Source: Burkholderiales bacterium (GTDB lineage Bacteria; Pseudomonadota; Gammaproteobacteria; Burkholderiales; Burkholderiaceae_C). From it: a DNA stretch of 64,000 bases. The stretch covers positions 221 to 64,220 of the forward strand of contig CANFXR010000003.1 of assembly GCA_947451035.1 (NCBI GenBank). Direction: 5' to 3'. Under the pieces are notes generated by a model. That model did not search any database. It had not been told where the DNA came from and worked only from the letters and a program-made list of their open reading frames with translations. Made by a program: the position numbers and the translations under genes. Shown piece after piece: positions 17,389 through 26,071 of the stretch; the first letter of the stretch is position 1; each line of letters begins with the position of its first letter.

Positions 17389-17997
17389 TCAATCAGCACG
17401 AACGTGTGGGGTCGTCTCGACCCACTCGCCGCGCAGCAGTTGCAACGGGGCGCGGTGGTAGAGCTTGATGTCGTGGAACGGGTCGCTCAGGATCTTGCTC
17501 ATCCAGACCAGCCCGGTGGCCAGGTCCTGCTGGACCCACAACTGACCCACCCGCACGAACAGACCGGCGGCGCCGAGAGCGAGCCAGCCGATGCCCACGT
17601 CATGCAGGTAGGCGCTGAACGACGTGGCCGGCGCGATCAGGTTGAACACCGACGGTGAGGCCCACAACAGCAGAGGGATCGCGGCCCACACGGCGAGCAG
17701 GACGATCTTGCGGCGGATGTTGTAGCCGACCTTGACCTCTTCCTTGAAGGCGTCGGTGACCTGGTTGAGTTGGTCGTAGCCGCGCGGCTCGAAGAAGAAG
17801 TGCCCGGCCTGACGGCTGGTCATCGACACGCCCCAAGCGAGGATGGCCGCCATCGCCGGATCCACGAACAGCAGCCCGTAAGAGATCACGAAGCAGATCG
17901 CGCTCAGCAGGTGCAGGCTCTGGTTGATGCGGCTGTGGTGGTAGTAGCGGTGGTCGTCCCAGCGCTGCTCTTCGAGTGCTTGCAGAAATTGGTTCAC
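17389..17997 (-). CDS. Mpo1-like (DUF962) membrane protein
   Basis: The coding-looking part of a longer ORF. A GTG start at 17997 is preceded by AAGG. It carries HSRINQSLH (H-x4-N-x3-H) and GHFFFEPRG blocks resembling DUF962, and three to four TM helices. Confidence 0.5.
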   Translation of the reverse strand: MNQFLQALEEQRWDDHRYYHHSRINQSLHLLSAICFVISYGLLFVDPAMAAILAWGVSMTSRQAGHFFFEPRGYDQLNQVTDAFKEEVKVGYNIRRKIVLLAVWAAIPLLLWASPSVFNLIAPATSFSAYLHDVGIGWLALGAAGLFVRVGQLWVQQDLATGLVWMSKILSDPFHDIKLYHRAPLQLLRGEWVETTPHVRAD

Positions 17998-18075
17998 GGC
18001 ATGCCTTGGTGGTTGTGGTCGAAGGGCGGGTGCGCTGCAAAGCGCGACTCGCGCCGGCGATGTTGACGACCTTGC

Positions 18076-18093
18076 GTGAAAGCGGCGTGACGG
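18076..18093 (-). promoter_or_regulatory. Weaker Pho-box-like repeat facing the Mpo1-like gene
   Basis: The minus strand reads CCGTCAC-gccg-CTTTCAC, 79 nt upstream of GTG 17997. Confidence 0.3.
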
Positions 18094-18162
18094 TCGCACC
18101 GTGCCGCGGCGAATGTGGCGCCTTGTCATCAAGTTGTTGCGATCGGCGTGCAGCATGGTGCG

Positions 18163-19395
18163 ATGGATTTGTCGGACATGCCCAGCATCGCGGCCTCTCA
18201 CCCTGTGGCGGACCGGCCATCGCTGCGCCTGGCGGTGGTCACCGAAACCTACCCGCCCGAGGTCAACGGCGTGGCGCTCACGCTGGCGCGCGTGGTCGAG
18301 GGCCTGCACCGGCGCGGCCACGACGTGCAACTGATCCGTCCGCGGCAGAACCCGGCCGATGCGCCCCGCACGAGCCCACGTTTTCAAGAGGTGCTGATGC
18401 GCGGGCTGCCGATCCCCAACTACCCGTCGCTGCGCATGGGGCTGCCGGCGCGCCGCGCGCTGATCCGGCTGTGGGGCGAGCAGCGCCCCGACGCCGTCCA
18501 CATCGCCACCGAAGGGCCGCTGGGCTGGTCGGCGCTGAGCGCGGCTGCCTACCTGAAGCTGCCGGTCAGCTCGGACTTCCGGACCAACTTTCACGCCTAC
18601 AGCCGCTACTACCGAATCGGCTGGCTCAACCGGCCGGTGATGGCCTATCTGCGCTGGTTCCACAACCGCACCGGCCGCACCATGGTGCCCACCGACGCGC
18701 TGCGCCGCGAGCTCGAGCTCATCGGGCTGCGCAACCTGAGCGTGGTCTCGCGCGGGGTCGACACCGCCGGCTTTTCACCCGACCAGCGCAGCGACGACGT
18801 GCGCCGCAGCTGGGGCGCGGAGCCCGACGACCTGGTGGTCACCTGCGTCGGGCGTCTCGCGCCCGAGAAGAACCTGGGCGTCGTCTTGCGCGCCTTCGAG
18901 GCGATCCGCGCCGTGCAGCCGCGAGCACGTCTGGTGTGGGTGGGCGACGGCCCGCAGCGCGATGAGCTGCACGCACTGTGCCCGTCGGCCTTCTTTGCCG
19001 GCCACCGCCACGGCGAGCAGCTGGCCGCGCATTACGCCTCGGCCGATCTGTTCTTGTTTCCCAGCCTGACCGAGACCTTCGGCAACGTCACCACCGAAGC
19101 CATGGCCAGCGGCCTGGCGGTGGTGGCCTACGACCACGCCGCCGCCGCCCAACTGATACGCCACGGTGACAACGGCCTGCTCGCGCCGTGCGACGACGAG
19201 CCCGCCTTCGTGCAGGCCGCGCTTGATCTGGCCGCCCACCCCGAACGCCGCCGCACCCTGGGCGCCCAGGCCCGGCGCAGCGCGTGCGAGCTCGACTGGG
19301 ATGTGATCGTCGAGCGCTTCGAAGGTGTGGTCGCGTCGCTGATCCAGCCACCGCGCCTGTGCAGGCTTGCTCCTGTCACGAGGGTAAAACTATAA
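18163..19395 (+). CDS. GT4-family glycosyltransferase (Agt-like glycolipid synthase candidate)
   Basis: N-terminal LRLAVVTETYPPEVNGVA and C-terminal FLFPSLTETFGNVTTEAMASGLAVVA (E-x7-E region) are typical of GT4. The start could be ATG 18163 or 18178. Confidence 0.8.
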   Translation: MDLSDMPSIAASHPVADRPSLRLAVVTETYPPEVNGVALTLARVVEGLHRRGHDVQLIRPRQNPADAPRTSPRFQEVLMRGLPIPNYPSLRMGLPARRALIRLWGEQRPDAVHIATEGPLGWSALSAAAYLKLPVSSDFRTNFHAYSRYYRIGWLNRPVMAYLRWFHNRTGRTMVPTDALRRELELIGLRNLSVVSRGVDTAGFSPDQRSDDVRRSWGAEPDDLVVTCVGRLAPEKNLGVVLRAFEAIRAVQPRARLVWVGDGPQRDELHALCPSAFFAGHRHGEQLAAHYASADLFLFPSLTETFGNVTTEAMASGLAVVAYDHAAAAQLIRHGDNGLLAPCDDEPAFVQAALDLAAHPERRRTLGAQARRSACELDWDVIVERFEGVVASLIQPPRLCRLAPVTRVKL

Positions 19396-19520
19396 AAACA
19401 GCCCACTGCACCCAATAGAATTTTCGGGAGACCTTGGAAACCTGAGGTCGTTGCATCCAGCCGCGATGATGGCGCGCCACGGGTGTGGGTCGTTGCCGGT
19501 TATCGAGCCGAGGCGCGGTG

Positions 19521-20402
19521 ATGATCAAGCCGATGGACAACGAAAAGCTGGCACGCGCCGCAGTCTGGGTGTCGGCGTCCGCGGTGATGTGGTGTCTGGC
19601 TGCAGCCATCGCCAGCACGTCGCTGACATTGATCGCCGATGTGGTGAACGCCTCGCTGGATCTGGCCGCCTGTGTGCTGGCTTATGTGACGTTGCGGCTG
19701 CAGCGGGGCACCTATCGCGCCTTGCTTGATTACGGCGTGGGCAAGCTTGAGGCCATCGCTTCGCTTTTCATCGGCTTGCTGGCTGGCGGCGGTGCGGCAT
19801 TTGTTCTGTACGAGGCTTTTCGCGCGCTGGTCAATCCGCAGCCCGTGTCTGGCGGCGGCATTGTCTGGGGCCTCATCGGGTGCTGGGTGATCAGCGGGCT
19901 TTGCGGGCGTTTGTGGTGGCAGTTCAAGCGGCAGCTTTCGCATGGCGATTCGCCGATAACAGCCGCCCAAATGCACATACACCTCATCAGCTGCTGGACG
20001 TCGCTCGGGGTTTCGGTGCCACTGGCGTGTTCGCTGGTCTTCAACGCCGGCTGGGTGCGTTACCTGGATGTCACGATTTCTGTGGCGCTGGGTCTGTTTG
20101 CGGCCCACGTGGGCTGGGGCATGGTTCGCCACTCGTTGGGCAACATGGTCGATCAGTCCCTGGACGAACCTTTGCAGGTCATCATCAACCGACACCTGGT
20201 CGAGCATTTCGAGACTTACGGAATGTTCGAAAAGGTTCGATCGCGCACCTGTGGCACCGACATCTTTATCGAGATATTTCTGAACTTCCAGCCGCACACG
20301 TCCATCGGCGACATTCAGGTGGTGTTCGATGCCATCAAAGGTGGCATCGAAAGCGACATCCACAAATCGCACGTGACCATGATCGCGGCTGCCGTGAAAT
20401 AG
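19521..20402 (+). CDS. Second CDF-family transporter (paralog of 11544..12440), lower GC
   Basis: Same architecture as the first CDF (ASTSLTLIADVVNASLDL, C-terminal IFIEIFLNFQP). The codon third positions are visibly richer in A/T than in its neighbours. Confidence 0.7.
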   Translation: MIKPMDNEKLARAAVWVSASAVMWCLAAAIASTSLTLIADVVNASLDLAACVLAYVTLRLQRGTYRALLDYGVGKLEAIASLFIGLLAGGGAAFVLYEAFRALVNPQPVSGGGIVWGLIGCWVISGLCGRLWWQFKRQLSHGDSPITAAQMHIHLISCWTSLGVSVPLACSLVFNAGWVRYLDVTISVALGLFAAHVGWGMVRHSLGNMVDQSLDEPLQVIINRHLVEHFETYGMFEKVRSRTCGTDIFIEIFLNFQPHTSIGDIQVVFDAIKGGIESDIHKSHVTMIAAAVK

Positions 20403-20538
20403 GTCGAGGCGGGACGTTTTCCGGGGGCAAGGTCACAGGCCGGTTGGCCCATCACACCGTCTGTACCCCCATGGATGTGCGGGATCAACTGCGGCCTCGT
20501 GCCACATCGTGAGTCGACCGTGAAGCACATTGAGACGT

Positions 20539-20558
20539 AGCCCCTGAACGGGGCTTTT
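20539..20558 (+). terminator. Possible rho-independent terminator
   Basis: agcccc-tgaac-ggggct followed by TTTT. It lies 137 nt after the CDF stop and abuts the tRNA 3' end. Confidence 0.45.
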
Positions 20559-20647
20559 GGTGGAAGCGGTGAGATTCGAACTCACGGTGGGGTTACCCCC
20601 ACGGCAGTTTTCAAGACTGCAGCCTTAAACCGCTCGGCCACGCTTCC
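20558..20647 (-). tRNA. tRNA-Ser (anticodon UGA), CCA encoded
   Basis: The reverse complement folds as a cloverleaf. It has acceptor GGAAGCG/CGCTTCC, anticodon stem GCAGT/ACTGC with loop CTTGAAA, a long variable arm (CGTGGGGGTAACCCCACC) and T arm GTGAG-TTCGAAT-CTCAC, and it ends in ACCA. Confidence 0.9.
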
Positions 20648-20714
20648 AGACGCCGCGAATTGTATCGGTGGGGTTGGGCCGCTCCGGTCTACACGACCCG
20701 GGTGGCGCGCGCCG

Positions 20715-21149
20715 TCAGTCGGCCGGTCGCGACAGCGGCACGCGCTGGGCGCCGGCGTAGAACACCAGCAGCACCACGGGCTGCTCGCCGGTGTAGCCGC
20801 GGTGCGTCGAGTTGACCGTCTCGGGCAGCACGTCGCCGGCCACCAGTTGGCGCTTCAGGCCGCTGTCGGCCTTTTCCACCGTCAGCTCGCCCGACAGCAC
20901 ATAGGCCGCGTTGGGCATCGGGTGGGTGTGCCACGGCAAGGTGGTGTGCGGCGCGATGGTGATCCTCAGCACCGTCAGCTCGGTCTGGCCGGTGGGGTAG
21001 GCCGGATAGGGCACGCTGTCCCACGAGGTGGTCGACTGCATGAGCACGTCGACCTTGACGCCTGAGGCGTCGGCAGCGCGGGTGGTCGAGGCGATCAGGG
21101 CGCACGCGCACAGGGCGAGCGCGGCGAGGGTCTTGTGTGCGTTCATCAT
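20715..21149 (-). CDS. Secreted cupin-domain protein
   Basis: Signal peptide (ALALCACALIASTTRA/AD). Cupin motif (PWHTHPMPNAAYVLSGEL). Confidence 0.7.
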   Translation of the reverse strand: MMNAHKTLAALALCACALIASTTRAADASGVKVDVLMQSTTSWDSVPYPAYPTGQTELTVLRITIAPHTTLPWHTHPMPNAAYVLSGELTVEKADSGLKRQLVAGDVLPETVNSTHRGYTGEQPVVLLVFYAGAQRVPLSRPAD

Positions 21150-21191
21150 GGGGCGCGAGTGTGCACTGCGCGCGTGACGCCGTTCATGCGT

Positions 21192-21662
21192 TCAGCGCGC
21201 CGGCCGCCCGCGCGGGAACAGCAGCCACTCGGGCAGCAGCGGGCCGATGGCGTCCAGCGTGTTCTTCAGCACCAGGCCCAGTTCGGTGTCGCCTTCCATC
21301 ACCAGCGCGCGCTCGAAGAACAGCTGATCGGGGTCGTCCTGACCGCGCGCCAGCCGCAGGAAACTGGCGCTCGGAGCCATGATGCGCAGAGCGGTTTCGA
21401 CGGACTCGGCCGCCGGCGCGTAGCCACGCGCACCCAGTTGCAGGCGCAACCGGATGCCCAGGTCGGTGATGTGCAACTCGATGCACCGGCCGGTCATCGC
21501 CTGCCGCGCGTCGTCGGGCAGGCGCGGCAGCAGCACGCGGTCGAGCAAGCGCGCCGCGACGAACGAAGGCGGGGTGGTCGGCAGTCGCTCGACCCAGGCG
21601 CACACGCGCTGGTGCGCCGGTGCCAGCCAGGCCGGCAGGCCGAGGGGAATGGTGTGGTTCAT
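21192..21662 (-). CDS. ubiT: SCP2-domain ubiquinone biosynthesis accessory factor UbiT
   Basis: The ATG overlaps the ubiV stop (ATGA). YhbT-like SCP2 pattern (..RCIELHITDLGIRLRL.., ..ALVMEGDTELGLVLKNTLD..). Confidence 0.75.
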   Translation of the reverse strand: MNHTIPLGLPAWLAPAHQRVCAWVERLPTTPPSFVAARLLDRVLLPRLPDDARQAMTGRCIELHITDLGIRLRLQLGARGYAPAAESVETALRIMAPSASFLRLARGQDDPDQLFFERALVMEGDTELGLVLKNTLDAIGPLLPEWLLFPRGRPAR

Positions 21663-22600
21663 GTGTCGCTCCAACTCATGCCGGGCTGGCGGTGGGCATA
21701 GCCATTGATGAAAGGTCCGGGAACGCCCAGCGCGCACCAGGCGGCGTCGCGGGCGAGCGCTGGTGCGCCCGCGTTGATCACCGCATTGAAATCATCCAGC
21801 ACCTGGCCGAAGCCTTGCGCGCACGGCGACAGGCGCAGCCGCGTCACGCCCGCTGCGCGCAGCGCGCTGTCGGCGTTGAGCAGGTTGTGCACGCCGGCCG
21901 ATTGCGTTTGCGTGCCGTTGAGCACCAGGAAGGGCTGGCCTTCGGTGGACGACAGCAGCAGCCCGTCGGGGTCGGCCAGACAGCGGAAGTTGCAGTCGTC
22001 CCGGGGCAGGTGGTGGTGACGGGCGGTGAAGCAGCGTGCCGAGAAGGCCAGCGGCAAGCGCCCGAAGGCCCAGGCCTCGGTGACGATGGGCGTGCCCTCG
22101 GGCGTGCGCACCGGATCGAGCGGCGGGTTGACCAGCGCCAGCGTGTCCAGCGACAACTCGACCGGCGCCACCCAGCGCGTGGCACCCAGGTCGGCGTGCT
22201 CGAGCAGCGCAGCGCGGCTGTGGATGTTCAGGTGCGGCCCCAGCACCAGGCGAACCTTGCCCGCCAGCAACTGCAGCGCCGAAGCGTCGTTGGCCTCGAC
22301 CGCGAACCATGGCTGCTCGGCCTGGCGCTCGATCAGGCGCAGGTCGGCCTCGGTCTCGATCAGTGTCTGAGCCACCAGCACCACTTCCTTGCCGGCGGCG
22401 ACCAGTTCGCGGCCCAGCGCCAGCCAGTCGTCGATGCGCAGTTCGCGCCGGCGCGCGCACACCGCTTCGCCCAGCACGATGGTGTCGGCCGGGCTGTCGG
22501 CCATGTCGGCGTAGAACTGCATCAAGGTGTTGCGCGACCAGTGGTACAGGACCGGGCCCACGGTCAGCGCCATGCGCGCAGCGGTGTCGGGTGTCGTCAT
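21659..22600 (-). CDS. ubiV: U32-family O2-independent ubiquinone hydroxylase subunit UbiV
   Basis: MALTVGPVLYHW...GEAVCARRR matches the YhbV N-terminus. The chosen ATG 22600 overlaps the ubiU stop (ATGA); ATG 22573 is the alternative. Confidence 0.8.
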   Translation of the reverse strand: MTTPDTAARMALTVGPVLYHWSRNTLMQFYADMADSPADTIVLGEAVCARRRELRIDDWLALGRELVAAGKEVVLVAQTLIETEADLRLIERQAEQPWFAVEANDASALQLLAGKVRLVLGPHLNIHSRAALLEHADLGATRWVAPVELSLDTLALVNPPLDPVRTPEGTPIVTEAWAFGRLPLAFSARCFTARHHHLPRDDCNFRCLADPDGLLLSSTEGQPFLVLNGTQTQSAGVHNLLNADSALRAAGVTRLRLSPCAQGFGQVLDDFNAVINAGAPALARDAAWCALGVPGPFINGYAHRQPGMSWSDT

Positions 22601-23616
22601 CGCCATGGCCGGTTGTAGGCGCCCAGCGTGTGCTGCTGGCCTTCGGCGTGGCGCGCCAGCGTGGCCGTCCATTCGGGCTGCACGCTGTAGCGGCCGGCCG
22701 CAGCGCAGGCGTGATCGATCGCCCGGCGCCACACGTCGGTGACCTGCTCGACATAGGCCGCGCTGCGCTGGCGTCCCTCGATCTTGATCGCCTTGACGCC
22801 CATGCCGATCAGCTCGGGCAGGATGGCCAGCGTGTTCAGGCTCGTGGGTTCCTCGACCGCGTAGTCACGCTCGCCCTCGACCCGGTAGCGGCCCTTGCAC
22901 AGCGTGGGGTAGCCGCGTGGCTCGTCGGGGGCATAGCTGTCGATCAGCACGCCGCCCAGGCGCACCTGCACACCGCTGGCGCTGTCTTGCCAGCGCACGG
23001 CCGACGGCGGCGAGCAGACGCCGGCGGTGTTGGGCGACTGCCCGGTGGCGTAGGACGACAGGATGCAGCGCCCCTCGACCATCACGCACAGGCTGCCGAA
23101 GCCGAAGACCTCGATGTCGACCTCGGTGTTGCGGATCACGTGGCCCACCTGCTGCAGCGTCAGCACCCGGGGCAGCACGGCGCGCTGGATGCCGTAGCGG
23201 CTGCGGTAGAACTCGATCGCCGCGTGGCTGGTGGCCGAGGCCTGCACCGACAAGTGCAGTCGCAATTCGGGATGGTGGTCGCGGCAGTAGGCCATCACCG
23301 CGGTGTCGGCCACGATCAGCGCGTCGGCGCCCAGCGCTGCCGCTCGGTCCACCGCCCGCTGCCACGGAGTCGGGTCGCGCGCATCGGCGTAGGTGTTCAG
23401 CGCCATCAGCACCCGCACGCCGCGCGCATGGGCGTAGGCCACGCCTTCGCGCACCTGCGCGTCATCGAAGTTCAGGCCCGCGAAGTTGCGTGCGTTGGTG
23501 GCGTCTTTGAGCCCCAGGTAGACCGCGTTGGCGCCCGCGTTCACCGCGGCTTGCAGCGCGCGCAGCGAGCCGGCGGGGCAGACCAGTTCCGGTGCCGTGA
23601 TCGTGTCGCTGGCCAT
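22597..23616 (-). CDS. ubiU: U32-family O2-independent ubiquinone hydroxylase subunit UbiU
   Basis: ELVCPAGSLRALQAAVNAGANAVYLGLKDATNARNFAGLNF matches the YhbU N-terminus. ATG at 23616. Confidence 0.85.
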   Translation of the reverse strand: MASDTITAPELVCPAGSLRALQAAVNAGANAVYLGLKDATNARNFAGLNFDDAQVREGVAYAHARGVRVLMALNTYADARDPTPWQRAVDRAAALGADALIVADTAVMAYCRDHHPELRLHLSVQASATSHAAIEFYRSRYGIQRAVLPRVLTLQQVGHVIRNTEVDIEVFGFGSLCVMVEGRCILSSYATGQSPNTAGVCSPPSAVRWQDSASGVQVRLGGVLIDSYAPDEPRGYPTLCKGRYRVEGERDYAVEEPTSLNTLAILPELIGMGVKAIKIEGRQRSAAYVEQVTDVWRRAIDHACAAAGRYSVQPEWTATLARHAEGQQHTLGAYNRPWR

Positions 23617-23805
23617 CAGGCCGCGCACCGAAACCCGGGCCGCTGCGGGCAACCGCACGCCGGCAAGTCACACACCCGCGTGTGCGAGCGGTGGCCCAGG
23701 GTGTCTGAGGGGTGCGGCATGTCGGCTCCAGTGACTGATCAGGCTGGGGCATCGCCGTCGGTGCGCCAAGCCCTGTGCACTGTAGGCACATCGCCCGTGG
23801 CCGCC

Positions 23806-23819
23806 ATGATCGGCATCAA
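23806..23819. promoter_or_regulatory. FNR/Anr-type box upstream of ubiUVT
   Basis: ATGAT-cggc-ATCAA matches TTGAT-n4-ATCAA at 9/10 positions. It lies in the 263-nt gap between apaH and ubiU, about 190 nt upstream of the ubiU ATG. Confidence 0.45.
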
Positions 23820-23879
23820 GCGCGGCACCTGTGCGCTCGCCAAATGCGGTGCCAGCGCCTGCGGCGGCACCGCGGCGGA

Positions 23880-24704
23880 TCAGCCGGGCCGCTGCGCCTG
23901 TTCGCAATCGACCTGGATGATCTCGGCGCCGCCCGCGCCATCGAGCCGTGCGGCGCTGAGCCGCCCGCCCCACACGCAGCCGGTGTCCAGCGCGAGCAGG
24001 TCGGGGCGGTGGATCAGGCCGAGCGTGGACCAGTGGCCAAACGCCATCGGCACGCCGGCGGTGCGGCGCTCGGGGTGATCGAACCACGGCACCAGGCCGG
24101 GCGGGGCGCCGGCAGCGCCTTCTTTCGTTTCGAAGTCGAGCGTGCCGTCGGCGGCCACGAAGCGCGCCCGCGTGAGCGCGTTGACCGCAAAGCGCAGCCG
24201 GTCGTGGCCGCCCAGCGTGTCGTCCCAGCGTGCGGGCTGGTTGCCGTACATCACGCTCAGGAAGCCGTGCAGATCGGGGCCTCGCAGTTGCTGCTCGACC
24301 TCGCCGGCCAGCTGCAGCGTGGTTTGAAGCGTCCACGCGGGCGGCACGCCGGCGTGCACCATCAGCCAGCCGTGCTCGTGCAGCGCAAGGCGCCGCTGGC
24401 GTATCCAGTCGATCCAGACCTCGCGGTCGGGCGCATTCAGGATGTCGTCCAGCGTGTCGCTGCGGTGCAGCTTGCGCACGCCGTGTGCCGCCGCCAGCAG
24501 GTGCAAATCGTGGTTGCCGAGCAGGCAGCTCGCCGCATCGCCCAGACCGCGCAGCAAGCGCAGCGTGCCCAGGCTGTCGGGGCCGCGGTTGACCAGATCG
24601 CCGAGCACGATCACGCGGTCGCGCGACGGTGAAAAGTCCACCGCGTCGAGCAGCCGCTGCAGCGCGCCGCAGCAGCCTTGCACATCGCCAATCAGATAGA
24701 CCAT
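23880..24704 (-). CDS. apaH: Bis(5'-nucleosyl)-tetraphosphatase (symmetrical) ApaH
   Basis: MVYLIGDVQGC...LGDLVNRGPDS...GNHD is the ApaH metallophosphatase signature. Confidence 0.9.
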   Translation of the reverse strand: MVYLIGDVQGCCGALQRLLDAVDFSPSRDRVIVLGDLVNRGPDSLGTLRLLRGLGDAASCLLGNHDLHLLAAAHGVRKLHRSDTLDDILNAPDREVWIDWIRQRRLALHEHGWLMVHAGVPPAWTLQTTLQLAGEVEQQLRGPDLHGFLSVMYGNQPARWDDTLGGHDRLRFAVNALTRARFVAADGTLDFETKEGAAGAPPGLVPWFDHPERRTAGVPMAFGHWSTLGLIHRPDLLALDTGCVWGGRLSAARLDGAGGAEIIQVDCEQAQRPG

Positions 24705-24752
24705 CGATTGATTCTGCTACGCTGGCCCGCCCCCGCTCCCCACACGCCTTGC

Positions 24753-26054
24753 ATGGACGTTGCCCTTCTGTTTTTCCTGATCGTGCTCAACGCCTTGTTC
24801 GCCATGTCCGAGATGGCGCTCACGGCCAGCCGCAAGGCGCGGCTCCAGGTGATGGTGGAAACCGGCGATGCCGGCGCCCTGGCGGCCATGGAGCTGCACG
24901 TGGACCCGACCAAGTTCTTGTCGACCGTGCAGATCGGCATCACCTCGATCGGCGTCCTGAACGGCATCGTGGGCGATGCGGCGTTTTCCGAACCGTTTTC
25001 GGTGTGGCTGCAAAACACCTTGGGCCTGCACGACCGGGCGGCACACGTCAGCGCCACGGCCATGGTGGTGGCACTGATCACCGTGCTGACCATCATCTTT
25101 GGCGAGCTGGTGCCCAAGCGCCTGGGCCAGATGTACCCCGAGTCGGTGGCCCGTCTGGTGGCGCAGCCGATGAACTGGCTGTCCACGGCCACCCGTCCGT
25201 TCGTGTGGATGCTGTCGTTTTGCACCGAGAGCACGCTGCGCCTGATGGGCATACGCGGCGGCCCCAATCGCAGCGTGACCGAAGAGGAAATCGCCGCCAG
25301 CCTGGAAGAAGGCCTGGACGCCGGCGTGATCGAGGCGCAGGAGCACCAGATGGTGCGCAACGTGTTCCGCCTCGATGACCGGCAGGTCGGCTCGATGATG
25401 ATTCCGCGCACCGACATCGTCTGGCTCGACGCGGCCGGCCGACCCGAAGACGTGCTCAGGATCATCTCGGGCGACGAGCACTCGCGCTACCCGGTGTGCC
25501 GCGGCGGACTCGACGATGTGGTGGGTGTGGTGTCGGCGCAAAGCCTGCTGCAGCAGGTGATGGGCGGCGGCGCGCTCGAGGTGACCGAGCGGCTGCAAGC
25601 GGCGGTGTTCGTGCCCGAGACCTTGTCGGGCATGGAGCTGCTCGACCAGTTCCGCGCGTCGAGCACGCAGCTGGTGTTCGTGGTCGACGAGTACGGCGAG
25701 GTGCAGGGCATGATCACCGTGCGCGACGTGCTCGAGGCCATCACCGGGGAGTTCACCACGCCGAGCGATGGCGACTCCTGGGCGGTGCGCCGCGAAGACG
25801 GCAGCTGGCTGTTCGACGGGCTGATCCCGGTGCCCGAGCTGAAAGACCGGCTCGATCTGAAAGAGCTGCCCGAAGAAGACCGTGGCCGCTACAACACCCT
25901 GGCCGGCATGATCATGCTGCTGCTGGGCCGCCTGCCCGAGATCACCGACAGCGTCGAGTGGGAAGGCTGGCGCTTCGAGGTGGTCGACCTCGACGGCAAG
26001 CGTGTCGACAAGGTGCTGGCGAGCCTGTCGCCCACCGGCGATCACGACCGCTGA
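24753..26054 (+). CDS. CNNM/TlyC-family membrane protein (DUF21, CBS pair and CorC_HlyC domains)
   Basis: N-terminal LNALFAMSEMAL, the FGELVPKR motif, CBS-pair region and a C-terminal CorC/HlyC-like domain. Confidence 0.85.
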   Translation: MDVALLFFLIVLNALFAMSEMALTASRKARLQVMVETGDAGALAAMELHVDPTKFLSTVQIGITSIGVLNGIVGDAAFSEPFSVWLQNTLGLHDRAAHVSATAMVVALITVLTIIFGELVPKRLGQMYPESVARLVAQPMNWLSTATRPFVWMLSFCTESTLRLMGIRGGPNRSVTEEEIAASLEEGLDAGVIEAQEHQMVRNVFRLDDRQVGSMMIPRTDIVWLDAAGRPEDVLRIISGDEHSRYPVCRGGLDDVVGVVSAQSLLQQVMGGGALEVTERLQAAVFVPETLSGMELLDQFRASSTQLVFVVDEYGEVQGMITVRDVLEAITGEFTTPSDGDSWAVRREDGSWLFDGLIPVPELKDRLDLKELPEEDRGRYNTLAGMIMLLLGRLPEITDSVEWEGWRFEVVDLDGKRVDKVLASLSPTGDHDR

Positions 26055-26071
26055 GCCGCGTGTCGCACCCC

